NCBI GenBank assembly: GCA_013695565.1
Contig: JACDAG010000258.1
Location: forward strand, 1 to 33,865
DNA length: 33,865 bases
Origin: Bradyrhizobium sp.
GTDB lineage: Bacteria; Pseudomonadota; Alphaproteobacteria; Rhizobiales; Xanthobacteraceae
Direction of reading: 5' to 3'
Every line of letters starts with the position of its first letter. Positions within the stretch are counted from its first letter, which is position 1. Below are positions 8,526-17,934 of this stretch, piece after piece. The notes under the pieces are model-generated. The model had not been told where the DNA came from and made no database searches. It worked only from the letters and a program-made list of their open reading frames with translations. The translations under genes were made by a program, and so were the position numbers.

Positions 8526-8768
8526 ATGGGGATCATCGCTGCACTGATCATCGGCGGTATTGCGGGCTGGCTGGCCGGCAAGATCGTGCGTGGCGCGGGC
8601 TTCGGGCTGATCGGCAACATCGTGATCGGCATCATCGGTGCGTTTCTGGCGAGCTGGCTGTTGCCCCAACTGGGCGTCAGCCTCGGCGCGGGCTGGATCC
8701 GCGACATCATCAACGCCACCATCGGCGCCGTGGTCATCCTGGTGATCCTGTCACTGGTCAAACGCTGA
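8526..8768 (+). CDS. GlsB/YeaQ/YmgE family (transglycosylase-associated) membrane protein
   Basis: IIGGIAGWLAGKIVRGAGFGLIGNIVIGIIGA...IGAVVIL; AGGGGA RBS. Confidence 0.92.
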   Translation: MGIIAALIIGGIAGWLAGKIVRGAGFGLIGNIVIGIIGAFLASWLLPQLGVSLGAGWIRDIINATIGAVVILVILSLVKR

Positions 8769-8867
8769 CGAAGGCACATTTACCTCCCATCGCGACCGCC
8801 GGACCGGCGGTCGTTTACTGTTCAGGCCGATAGCGGCGCAAGAACAAACAACAAGGCAAAGACTTAG

Positions 8868-9710
8868 ATGAAATTTACCGGCACCAAGGACTATGTCGCC
8901 ACCGAAGACCTCAAGGTCGCGGTCAACGCCTCGATCGTGCTCGAGCGCCCGCTGCTGATCAAGGGTGAGCCCGGCACCGGCAAGACCGTGCTGGCCGAGG
9001 AAGTCGCCAAGGCGCTCGGCGCGCCGCTTTTGACCTGGCACATCAAGTCCACCACCAAGGCCCAACAAGGCCTCTACGAATACGATGCGGTGTCGCGGTT
9101 GCGCGACAGCCAGCTCGGCGATGCCCGGGTCTCCGATATCTCGAACTACATCAAGCGCGGCAAGCTGTGGGAAGCCTTCACGCACGACAAGCGCCCGGTG
9201 CTGCTGATCGACGAAATCGACAAGGCCGACATCGAGTTTCCGAACGATCTCCTGCTCGAACTCGATCGCATGGAATTCTTCGTTTATGAAACGGGCGAAA
9301 ACATCAAGGCGAGCCTGCGCCCGATCGTGATGATCACCTCGAACAACGAGAAGGAACTGCCGGACGCGTTCCTGCGCCGCTGCTTCTTCCACTACATCAA
9401 GTTCCCCGACGCCGACACCATGAACCGGATCGTCGACGTGCACTTCCCCAACATCAAGAAACGCCTGGTGGAAGAGGCGCTGCGGATCTTCTTCGAGGTG
9501 CGTGAAGTGCCGGGCTTGAAGAAGAAGCCCTCGACCTCGGAGCTGCTCGACTGGCTCAAGCTGTTGCTCAACGAGGACATCACCCCGGAGATGCTCAGGG
9601 AGCGCGATCCGCGCAAGCTGATCCCCCCGCTGCACGGCGCACTCCTGAAGAACGAACAGGACGTGCATCTATTCGAGCGTCTGGCGTTCCTGAGCCGCCG
9701 CGAAGTGTAA
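8868..9710 (+). CDS. MoxR family AAA+ ATPase
   Basis: Walker A GEPGTGKT, Walker B LLIDEIDKA, ITSNNEKELPDAFLRRC. Confidence 0.93.
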   Translation: MKFTGTKDYVATEDLKVAVNASIVLERPLLIKGEPGTGKTVLAEEVAKALGAPLLTWHIKSTTKAQQGLYEYDAVSRLRDSQLGDARVSDISNYIKRGKLWEAFTHDKRPVLLIDEIDKADIEFPNDLLLELDRMEFFVYETGENIKASLRPIVMITSNNEKELPDAFLRRCFFHYIKFPDADTMNRIVDVHFPNIKKRLVEEALRIFFEVREVPGLKKKPSTSELLDWLKLLLNEDITPEMLRERDPRKLIPPLHGALLKNEQDVHLFERLAFLSRREV

Positions 9711-9729
9711 GGCGGAATTCTCTTTCTCC

Positions 9730-9812
9730 CGTCATTGCGAGCGCAGCGAAGCAATCCATCTCGCCCCGAAGGAAGAATGGATTGCTTCGTCGCTTCGCTC
9801 CTCGCAATGACG
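9730..9812. repeat. REP-like palindromic element, family A
   Basis: CGTCATTGCGAG...CTCGCAATGACG. Confidence 0.9.
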
Positions 9813-9845
9813 CCGCAACAAAAACAAACGGAGTGATCCGACCCA

Positions 9846-11348
9846 ATGAACGTTCAAACCCAGATTCACGCCGCCTCGCCCGGCCACACCGAGCATTTCG
9901 ATGTCCTGATTGCGGGCGCCGGCATCTCCGGCGTCGGTGCCGCCTATCATCTCACCACGCAATGTCCGGGAACGAGCTTCGTCGCGCTGGAAACCCAGAA
10001 GACGTTCGGCGGCACCTGGAGCACGCACCGCTATCCCGGTATCCGCTCCGACAGCGACCTGCATACGTTCGGCTACCGTTTCAAGCCGTGGACCTCGGCC
10101 CCGATCGCCAGTGCGGCCGAGATCCTCAAATATATGGGCGACGTCATCGAGGAGAACGATCTCGCCCGCCATATCCGCTATCAGCACACCATCACTTCGG
10201 CGACCTGGTCGAGCGAGCAGAATCTCTGGACCATCGAAGCCACGCGCAACGACACCGGCGAGAAGCTGCGCTTCACCACCAATTTCTTCTGGATGTGCCA
10301 GGGTTATTATCGCCACACCGAGGGCTACACGCCGGAGTGGAAGGACATGGCCAGGTTCAAGGGCCCGATCGTCCATCCGCAGAAATGGCCGGAAGATCTC
10401 GACTACAAGAACAAGCGCGTCATCGTGATCGGCTCCGGCGCGACGGCGGCGACGCTGATCCCGGCGCTGGCCAACGACGTCGCGCATGTCACCATGCTGC
10501 AGCGTTCGCCGACCTATTTCCGCGCCGGGCGCAACGCGATCGAAATCGCCGAGGAACTGCGCAGGCTGCAGGTCGACGAGAAGTGGATCCACGAGATCAC
10601 CCGCCGCAAGATCCTGTTCGAGCAGGATGCGTTCACGCGGAAGACCTTTGAGGAGCCGGAAGCGGCGAAGAAGGATCTGCTGTCGGCGGTGGAAGCCTAT
10701 CTCGGCAAGGATTACGACATCGCCACTCACTTTACGCCGCGCTACCGGCCGTGGCGGCAGCGCATTGCCTTCATCCCCGATGGCGACCTGTTCCAGGCCA
10801 TCAAGGGTGGCAAGGCTTCGGTGGTTACCGATGAGATCGATCGCTTCACCGAGAACGGCATCCTGCTGAAGTCCGGCAAGGAGCTCGAGGCCGACATCAT
10901 CATCACCGCGACCGGTTTCCATCTCTGCCCCAACGGCGACATCGCGTTCGAGATCGACGGCAAGCCGCTCGATTTCGCCGACACCGTGAACTACCGCGGC
11001 ATGATGTACACTGGCGTGCCAAACCTCGTCTGGGTGTTCGGCTATCTGCGTGCCAGTTGGACGCTGCGGGTCGACCTGGTCGCCGACTTCGTCTGCCGCC
11101 TGCTCAAGCACATGAAGGCGAACGGCGCCAGCAGGGTGACGCCGACATTGCGGCCCGAGGACCACAACATGCCGCTGTTGCCGTGGCTCGATGCGGAAAA
11201 CTTCAACCCCGGCTATGTGACGCGCGGCATGCACCTGATGCCCAAGCGTGGTGACAAGCCGGAATGGCAGCACACACAAGACTATTGGGCGGAAAAGGAC
11301 GAATTCCCGGCCATCGACCTGAAGGCCCCCGAGTTCGTCTACGGCTGA
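9846..11348 (+). CDS. Flavin-dependent Baeyer-Villiger monooxygenase (EthA-like)
   Basis: GAGISG, GGTW...YPGIRSDS, BVMO fingerprint FKGPIVHPQKWP, second Rossmann motif IGSGATA, TATG. Confidence 0.92.
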   Translation: MNVQTQIHAASPGHTEHFDVLIAGAGISGVGAAYHLTTQCPGTSFVALETQKTFGGTWSTHRYPGIRSDSDLHTFGYRFKPWTSAPIASAAEILKYMGDVIEENDLARHIRYQHTITSATWSSEQNLWTIEATRNDTGEKLRFTTNFFWMCQGYYRHTEGYTPEWKDMARFKGPIVHPQKWPEDLDYKNKRVIVIGSGATAATLIPALANDVAHVTMLQRSPTYFRAGRNAIEIAEELRRLQVDEKWIHEITRRKILFEQDAFTRKTFEEPEAAKKDLLSAVEAYLGKDYDIATHFTPRYRPWRQRIAFIPDGDLFQAIKGGKASVVTDEIDRFTENGILLKSGKELEADIIITATGFHLCPNGDIAFEIDGKPLDFADTVNYRGMMYTGVPNLVWVFGYLRASWTLRVDLVADFVCRLLKHMKANGASRVTPTLRPEDHNMPLLPWLDAENFNPGYVTRGMHLMPKRGDKPEWQHTQDYWAEKDEFPAIDLKAPEFVYG

Positions 11349-11375
11349 AACCAGCCCGCCTCGGCTGAGAGGTTG

Positions 11376-11401
11376 AACCGCTCCCTTGGGAGCGGTTTTT
11401 T
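11376..11401 (+). terminator. Rho-independent terminator
   Basis: AACCGCTCCC-TT-GGGAGCGGTT followed by a T tract after the monooxygenase stop. Confidence 0.85.
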
Positions 11402-11493
11402 ATTACCTTTCCCGTCAAAATTATCGTGATTTTGTATACCGAAATGCGATTTCAAGCCGCTTATTGGCGAATTTCATCGACTTGTTGTCCATT

Positions 11494-11516
11494 TATGTAT
11501 ACATATTGCACCCAAT
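11494..11516 (+). promoter_or_regulatory. Candidate VanR (GntR) operator pair
   Basis: Perfect palindrome TATGTATACATA (11494-11505) abutting ATTGCACCCAAT (11505-11516), a 10/12 match to the Caulobacter vanO sequence ATTGGATCCAAT; 22 bp upstream of vanA. Confidence 0.6.
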
Positions 11517-11538
11517 AGATCAGTTTGGGAGCGTAGCT

Positions 11539-12588
11539 ATGCCATCATCCTTCCCGCTCAATGCATGGTACGCCGCCGCCTGGGATGTCGATCTCAAGCA
11601 CGCGCTGTTTCCCCGCACGATCTGCGGCAAGCATGTGGTGATGTACCGCCGCTCCGACGGCCATGTGGCGGCGCTGGAAGACGCCTGCTGGCATCGGCTG
11701 GTCCCGCTGTCGAAGGGCCGGCTCGACGGCGACACCGTCGTCTGCGGCTATCACGGGCTGAAATACAATGCGCAGGGCCGCTGCACCTACATGCCCTCGC
11801 AGGAGACCATCAACCCTTCCGCCTGCGTCCGCTCCTATCCCGTGGTCGAGCGGCATCGCTTCATCTGGCTGTGGATGGGCGATCCATCACTTGCCGATCC
11901 GGCGCTGGTGCCGGACATGCACTGGAACGACGATCCGGCCTGGGCCGGCGACGGCAAGACCATTCAGGTGAAATGCGACTACCGCCTCGTGGTCGACAAT
12001 CTGATGGACCTCACCCACGAGACCTTCGTGCACGGCTCCAGCATCGGCGATGAGCACGTCGCCGAAGCCCCGTTCGACGTCACCCATGGCGAGCGCACCG
12101 TGACGGTGACACGCTGGATGCGCGGCATCGAGGCGCCGCCGTTCTGGGCCGAGCAACTCGGCAAGCCCGGCCCGGTCGACCGCTGGCAGATCATCCATTT
12201 CCAGGCGCCCGGCACCGTCAATATCGACGTCGGCGTGGCGCCCGCCGGCACCGGCGCGCCGGCAGGCGACCGCTCGCAGGGCGTCAACGGCTTCGTGCTC
12301 AACACCATGACGCCGGAGACCGACACCACCTGCCACTATTTCTGGGCCTTCGTGCGCAATCACCGCCTGACCGAGCAGAAGCTGACCACCGAAATCCGCG
12401 ACGGCGTCGCCAACATCTTCCACGAGGACGAAATCATCCTCGAGGCGCAGCAGCGCGCCATGAACGAGAATCCGGACCGCACCTTCTACAATCTCAATAT
12501 CGACGCCGGTGCGATGTGGGCGCGCCGCGTCATCGACCGCATGGTGGCGCGCGAGAACGCGCCGCTGCCTGCGCAAGCGGCGGAATAG
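11539..12588 (+). CDS. vanA: Vanillate O-demethylase oxygenase subunit (Rieske non-heme iron)
   Basis: Rieske CWHR...CGYHG; mononuclear iron site DNLMDLTHETFVH; FPLNAWY start; GGGAG RBS before ATG 11539. Confidence 0.9.
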   Translation: MPSSFPLNAWYAAAWDVDLKHALFPRTICGKHVVMYRRSDGHVAALEDACWHRLVPLSKGRLDGDTVVCGYHGLKYNAQGRCTYMPSQETINPSACVRSYPVVERHRFIWLWMGDPSLADPALVPDMHWNDDPAWAGDGKTIQVKCDYRLVVDNLMDLTHETFVHGSSIGDEHVAEAPFDVTHGERTVTVTRWMRGIEAPPFWAEQLGKPGPVDRWQIIHFQAPGTVNIDVGVAPAGTGAPAGDRSQGVNGFVLNTMTPETDTTCHYFWAFVRNHRLTEQKLTTEIRDGVANIFHEDEIILEAQQRAMNENPDRTFYNLNIDAGAMWARRVIDRMVARENAPLPAQAAE

Positions 12589-12614
12589 CGCCATGAGCGG
12601 AGCGGAGTGAAATC

Positions 12615-13367
12615 ATGAGCGAACGCGATCCCGAACGCTCGATGTCGCAGACGGTGCGCGCCCAGCTGGCGCTGCGCGACATGATCCTGTCCGGCCGGCT
12701 GCGGCCGGGCGAGCGCATCAGCGAATTACAGGCGGTCGAGATCACCGGCGTATCGCGGACGCCGGTGCGGCTGGCGCTGGTGCGGCTCGAGGACGAAGGC
12801 CTGCTGCAGGCGATTCCCTCCGGCGGCTTCATGGTGAAGGCGTTCACCGAGCGCGACATCCTGGATTCGATCGAGCTGCGCGGCACGCTGGAAGGCCTCG
12901 CCGCGCGTTTTGCGGCCGAACGCGGCGCCAGCGCGCGCAGCCTCGAGCCGCTGAAGGAATGCCTTGCCGATCTCGATCAACTGGTCCGCCAGGATCCAGT
13001 CTCGGTCGAGGCCTTCTCCGCCTATGTGACCATGAATGCGCGGTTTCATGCGCTGCTGACCGAACTCTCCGCCAGCCCGCCGCTGATCCGGCAGATCGAC
13101 CGCGTATCGGCATTACCCTTTGCGTCGCCGAGCGGTTTCGTGATGGCGCAGTCGGCGCTGCCCGAAGCGCACCAGATCCTGTTGATCGGGCAGGACCATC
13201 ACCGCATCGTGGTGGATGCGATCGAGAACCGCGAAGGCGCGCGCGCCGAAGCCGTGATGCGCGAGCATTCGAGGCTTGCCGCGCGCAATCTGCGGCTGGT
13301 GCTGCGCAATCGCACCCATCTCGACCTGCTGCCGGCCTTGGCCCTGCTTAAATCGAGCGCCGAATAG
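12615..13367 (+). CDS. vanR: GntR/FCD family regulator, probably VanR
   Basis: GVSRTPVRLALVRLEDEGL winged HTH and NARFH FCD motif; located between vanA and vanB. Confidence 0.82.
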   Translation: MSERDPERSMSQTVRAQLALRDMILSGRLRPGERISELQAVEITGVSRTPVRLALVRLEDEGLLQAIPSGGFMVKAFTERDILDSIELRGTLEGLAARFAAERGASARSLEPLKECLADLDQLVRQDPVSVEAFSAYVTMNARFHALLTELSASPPLIRQIDRVSALPFASPSGFVMAQSALPEAHQILLIGQDHHRIVVDAIENREGARAEAVMREHSRLAARNLRLVLRNRTHLDLLPALALLKSSAE

Positions 13368-13376
13368 GGAATCGCC

Positions 13377-14366
13377 ATGCGTTTTGCCGAGCAATGGAAC
13401 TGGTGCACGGTCGATAGCATCCGCGACGTGACACCCACGATCCGCGAATTTCTGCTACGTCCCGACAGCGGGCACGTGGCACCCTACCCGGCCGGCAGTC
13501 ACATCGGCGTCGCTATCCTCATCGACGAGCAGCCTGCGCGGCGCTCCTATTCGCTGGTCGGCGACCACAATCCAAGCCTCTATCGCATCGCCGTACGGCT
13601 GGCGCAGGACAGCCGCGGCGGCTCGCGCGGGATGTGGAATTTGCAGCCGGGCACGCGGATCGAAACCTCCAGCCCGGCGTGCCTGCTCGACATCGACTGG
13701 AACAAGCAAAATTATTGCCTGATCGCGGGCGGCATCGGCATCACCCCGATCACTGCGATCGCCAGCGCCCTGCACCGCCGGAATATAGACCTCCGCCTGC
13801 ACTACGCGGTGAAGTCGCGCGGCGATGCCGCCTATCTCGGCGAATTGTCGTCCGTGCTCGGCGACCGGCTGATCGTTCACGCCAGCGACCAGGGCGCGCG
13901 GATTGATCTCGACGCCACCTTCCGCGCGCTGCCATCGGATACGATTGCCATCATGTGCGGCCCGATGCGGATGCTGGAGGCGGCGCGGCGCGCCTGGAAC
14001 GACGCTGGAAGAGCGCCGGCCGATCTGCGCTATGAAACTTTCGGTTCCAGTGGCCTGTTGCCGACGGCGGAATTCCGCGTGCGGCTGAAAGACTGTGACA
14101 CCGAGCTGGTGGTTTCGCCTAACAGCTCGATGCTCGACGTGCTCAATGACGCCGGCTTCGAAGTGATCTCGGATTGCCAGCGCGGCGAATGCGGCGTCTG
14201 CGCGGTCGATGTCATCGCTGTCGACGGCGAGATCGACCACCGCGACGTCTTCTTCAGCGACCAGCAGAAGAAGGACAACCGCAAGATCTGCCCGTGCGTG
14301 TCGCGTGCGATCGGTGTTGTGACGATCGATACGCTGTACCGGCCTGAAACCCTGCCGGGTCGCTAA
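13377..14366 (+). CDS. vanB: PDR/VanB family FMN/2Fe-2S reductase
   Basis: RSYSL, SRGGS, AGGIGITP, CGP, and ferredoxin motif CQRGECGVC...CPCVS. Confidence 0.9.
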   Translation: MRFAEQWNWCTVDSIRDVTPTIREFLLRPDSGHVAPYPAGSHIGVAILIDEQPARRSYSLVGDHNPSLYRIAVRLAQDSRGGSRGMWNLQPGTRIETSSPACLLDIDWNKQNYCLIAGGIGITPITAIASALHRRNIDLRLHYAVKSRGDAAYLGELSSVLGDRLIVHASDQGARIDLDATFRALPSDTIAIMCGPMRMLEAARRAWNDAGRAPADLRYETFGSSGLLPTAEFRVRLKDCDTELVVSPNSSMLDVLNDAGFEVISDCQRGECGVCAVDVIAVDGEIDHRDVFFSDQQKKDNRKICPCVSRAIGVVTIDTLYRPETLPGR

Positions 14367-15997
14367 ACCCGCGCCGCCTCCGGCGCGGCCTTGCCGCGGA
14401 TCATGTCGGAGGCCTTGTCGGCAATCATCATCGTCGAGGCGTTGAGATTGGCCGAGATCATCCGCGGCATGATCGAGGCATCGACCACGCGCAGGCCCTG
14501 GAGCCCATGGACGCGCAACTGGTCGTCGACCACGGCCCATTTGGCATCCGCCGGTCCCATGCGGCAGGTGCAGCCGGGATGGAACGTGGTAGTGCCGCGC
14601 TCGGTTGCGGCGGCGAGAAACTCGTCGTCGCTCTGCACCTTGGGTCCGGGGAAATCCTCATAGGCGTAATATTGCGACAGCGGCGCGGAGGCGAGCAGCC
14701 GGCGCGCCAGTTTCATGCCGGCGACGACGACTCGGCGATCGAGGTCCTCGACCAGGTAGTTGGTCTGGATGATCGGCGGCGCAAACGGATCGGCGGAGCG
14801 GATGCGGACATAGCCGCGGCTTTCCGGGCGCTGCTGCCACGAGGCGATGGTCATGCCGGGCTCGTCCTCGAGCTGGCCCTGCACGCCCTCCTTGTAACTT
14901 GCGGGCGTGAAGGTCAGCTGCAGGTCGGAGCTCTCGGTGGTCTCGCCGGAGTGCCAGAAGCAATAGACCATGGTCGGCGACAGCGAGAGCAGCCCGCGCC
15001 GCGTCGTCGCCCATTTCAGCGCCTCGACCCAGAGGCTCAAGCCGCGCCGCAGTTCATTGATGGTCTGGATGTTCTTGACGCGCGCAACCGAACGCGGCGC
15101 GTAATGATCCTGCAGGCCCTCGCCGACCCCAGGCAGCGCGTGACGCACCTCGATGCCGAGCGACTGCAAAAGATCCGGCGAGCCGACACCGGACAATTGC
15201 AGCACCTGCGGCGAATTATAGGTGCCGCCGGACAGAATCACTTCCTTGTTGACGCGGACTTCGGTGGGCACGCCGCCCTTGCCGCCCTTGAGGTAACGCA
15301 CGCCGACGGCGCGCTTGCCCTCGAAGATGATATTGGTGACATGGGCATGGGTGCGGACATGCACATTCCCCCGCTTGCGCGCCGGATGCAGGAATGCGGT
15401 CGCCGCACTGACGCGCAGGCCGTTCTGGATGGTGCGCTGGGCGTAGGAGACGCCCTCCTGGATCGCGCCGTTGTAATCGGGGTTGCGCGGAATCCCCAGA
15501 CTCATGGCGCCCGCCATGAACGCCTCGCACAGCGGATCGCGCCAATCCATGGTGGTCACGGTCAGATTGCCGTCGCGCCCGCGATAGGTCTCGTCGCCCT
15601 CACCGACGCGCCGCTCCAGGCGCCTGAAATAGGGCAGCACGTCCGCATAGCCCCAGCTGCGATTGCCGAGCTGCGCCCAGGTGTTGAAGTCCTGGCGCTG
15701 ACCGCGATTATAGATATGGCCGTTGATCGACGACGAGCCGCCGAGCGTCTTGCCGCGCGGCGCGTAGATGCTGCGGCCGCCGGTCCACGGGCCAGGCTCC
15801 TGCTGGTAGGCCCAGTTGACGCTCTTCATGTGGAACGTCTTGATGAAGCCGGCCGGCAGATGGATGTAGGGATGCCAATCCTTGCCGCCCGCTTCAAGCA
15901 CGCAGACGCTGGTGCCCGCATCTTCGCTAAGCCGGTTGGCGAGCACGCTGCCTGCGGAGCCCGCGCCGATGATCACATAATCGAACGTTTCCATCAT
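14363..15997 (-). CDS. GMC family oxidoreductase (choline dehydrogenase-like)
   Basis: IIGAGSAG, PRGKTLGGSSSING, FHPGCTCRMG, LRVVDASIMP, SANLNA. Confidence 0.93.
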   Translation of the reverse strand: MMETFDYVIIGAGSAGSVLANRLSEDAGTSVCVLEAGGKDWHPYIHLPAGFIKTFHMKSVNWAYQQEPGPWTGGRSIYAPRGKTLGGSSSINGHIYNRGQRQDFNTWAQLGNRSWGYADVLPYFRRLERRVGEGDETYRGRDGNLTVTTMDWRDPLCEAFMAGAMSLGIPRNPDYNGAIQEGVSYAQRTIQNGLRVSAATAFLHPARKRGNVHVRTHAHVTNIIFEGKRAVGVRYLKGGKGGVPTEVRVNKEVILSGGTYNSPQVLQLSGVGSPDLLQSLGIEVRHALPGVGEGLQDHYAPRSVARVKNIQTINELRRGLSLWVEALKWATTRRGLLSLSPTMVYCFWHSGETTESSDLQLTFTPASYKEGVQGQLEDEPGMTIASWQQRPESRGYVRIRSADPFAPPIIQTNYLVEDLDRRVVVAGMKLARRLLASAPLSQYYAYEDFPGPKVQSDDEFLAAATERGTTTFHPGCTCRMGPADAKWAVVDDQLRVHGLQGLRVVDASIMPRMISANLNASTMMIADKASDMIRGKAAPEAARV

Positions 15998-16013
15998 ACC
16001 TGCTAAACGGCGC

Positions 16014-16607
16014 TTACCGCGCCTTGTCGTTGAGTTGATAATTGAGATGCGCCTTCACCGTCGGCCACTCGCCGGCGATAATGCTGAAGACCACGGTATC
16101 GCGCAACGTGCCATTCGGTGCGATCACATGGTTGCGCAAGATGCCGTCCTGCTTGGCGCCCAGACGTTCGATGCCGCGGCGGCTCTGCTGATTGAAGAAA
16201 TGCGTGCGGAATTCTACCGCAATGCAATCGAGCTGCTCGAACGCATGCGTCAGCAGCAGCAATTTGCACTGCGTATTGACGGCGCTGCGCTGCACACGCG
16301 TGGCGTACCAGGTGGAGCCGATCTCGACCCGGCGATTGGCGGCATCGACGTTCATGTAGGTCGTCATGCCCGAGATCTTGCCGTCGGCGTCGAACACCGT
16401 GAACGGCAGCATCGAGCCAGCCGTCTGCAAGCCCAGCCGGCGGTCGATTTCCTTGGTCATTTCTTCGGGCTTCGGCACGAAGGTGTACCAGAGCTTCCAC
16501 AGCTCGCCGTCGCTGACGGCTTCAACCAGGCCATCGCGCTGATCGTGCGACAGCGGTTCGAGCCGCGCGTAGGCGCCGCCAAGGGTAACCGGTTCAAGGA
16601 AAGGCAT
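16014..16607 (-). CDS. GNAT family N-acetyltransferase (RimJ/RimL-like)
   Basis: RRVEIGSTW, NQQSRRGIERLGAKQDGILR, RDTVVFSI; GGAG before ATG 16607. The upstream extension in the track is REP sequence. Confidence 0.9.
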   Translation of the reverse strand: MPFLEPVTLGGAYARLEPLSHDQRDGLVEAVSDGELWKLWYTFVPKPEEMTKEIDRRLGLQTAGSMLPFTVFDADGKISGMTTYMNVDAANRRVEIGSTWYATRVQRSAVNTQCKLLLLTHAFEQLDCIAVEFRTHFFNQQSRRGIERLGAKQDGILRNHVIAPNGTLRDTVVFSIIAGEWPTVKAHLNYQLNDKAR

Positions 16608-16652
16608 TTGGTACTCCGAGGTCGTTACGCGCGTGGCCGCGCATCTATCTTC

Positions 16653-16735
16653 CGTCATTCCGGGATGGTGCGTTAGCACCAGACCCGGAATCTCGAGATA
16701 CCGGGTTCGATGCTTCGCATCGCCCCGGAATGACG
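16653..16735. repeat. REP-like palindromic element, family B
   Basis: CGTCATTCCGGG...CCCGGAATGACG. Confidence 0.9.
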
Positions 16736-16753
16736 ATTGCGAATACGCAATCG

Positions 16754-17683
16754 TCACTTGTTCAAAAAGTTCAGCGGCAGGCCGGGGCGCGGCCAGTCCA
16801 TCGCGACCAGTTCGCCCTTGCCTGATAGCGTGATGTAAGCGGTTTTCAAGTCAGGCCCGCCAAAGGCGATATTGGTGGTCATGCGGTCGCCGGTCGGCAC
16901 CTGCTCGACGAGCGTGCCGTCGGGCGCGATCACGGAGATGCAGCCCGAGATCAGCGTCGCCACGCAGACATTGCCTGATGCTTCGACCGCAAGCGAATCG
17001 AACATCTGGTAGCCGCCGAGGCCCGCAATCGGCTTGCCGCGCTCGCCGCGATAGATCGGATCGCGCGGCTTGACCTCGCCCGGCGACGACAATTCGTACG
17101 CCCACAGCCGCGCCGTCGGCGTCTCCGCCACATACACCGTGTTCTCGTCCGGCGACAGGCCGATGCCGTTGGCCGGCATCGTGCCGAATGCGCCTTCGAC
17201 GATCTCCTTCATGCCGGGCTTGAGATAATACAACCCGCCGAGATCCATGTCGCGGGTGCGGCGCTTGCCGAGATCGGTGAACCAGAGCCCGCCATGCTTG
17301 TCGAACACGAGGTCGTTCGGCCCGTTCAAGCGATGCTCGCCGCATTTGTCGATAACGGTCTCGACCTTGCCGGTCCCGAGGTCGACGCGCTGGATCGAGC
17401 CGCCGATATACTCGGCCGGCGACGCCGGACCCGGCATGAACGTATTCCGGGTCGGTATCCAGCTGAAGCCGCCATTGTTGCAGAGATACATCTTGCCGTC
17501 GGGGCCAAGCGCCGCACCGTTGGGACCGCCGGGGATCTCTGCGACCACCTCTTTCCGCCCGTCGGGATAAACCCGCGTCAGCCGCTTGCCGCGGATTTCG
17601 ACCAGCACCACCGAACCATCGGGCATGACCACCGGACCTTCCGGAAATTCCAGATCGGTGGCGAGTACGCGGATATTTTCCAT
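16754..17683 (-). CDS. SMP-30/gluconolactonase/LRE family beta-propeller
   Basis: FPEGP, GPNGAA, GPNDL, ANGIGLSPD, FDSLAV, TNIAFGG; GGGAGGA RBS. Confidence 0.92.
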   Translation of the reverse strand: MENIRVLATDLEFPEGPVVMPDGSVVLVEIRGKRLTRVYPDGRKEVVAEIPGGPNGAALGPDGKMYLCNNGGFSWIPTRNTFMPGPASPAEYIGGSIQRVDLGTGKVETVIDKCGEHRLNGPNDLVFDKHGGLWFTDLGKRRTRDMDLGGLYYLKPGMKEIVEGAFGTMPANGIGLSPDENTVYVAETPTARLWAYELSSPGEVKPRDPIYRGERGKPIAGLGGYQMFDSLAVEASGNVCVATLISGCISVIAPDGTLVEQVPTGDRMTTNIAFGGPDLKTAYITLSGKGELVAMDWPRPGLPLNFLNK

Positions 17684-17848
17684 GAAATCCTCCCGGCTTT
17701 TTATGGCTGCAGGCGGATTCCAAGCTCATTTCCGCACGCGCAACGCTGATGTTGCGCCATGTTATGGCAAAGTCGCTTTGGCTTGCCAAGCAAGGGCGGG
17801 CCATTAAGCCGCGCAGGGCTGCCCTGCGGGAGGCCCAGGCACCGATCC

Positions 17849-17929
17849 GATGGGTGCAGCGACGCGATACCCATCAATTGCTTCTGCACGGGGAGATGAT
17901 GGGTATCGCTGCGCTCCACCCATCCTACG
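17849..17929. repeat. GTAG-type REP doublet (two inverted short hairpins)
   Basis: gatgggtgcagcgacgcgatacccatc ... gatgggtatcgctgcgctccacccatcCTAC; the right copy carries the GTAG foot on the minus strand. Confidence 0.8.
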
Positions 17930-17934
17930 CACTC

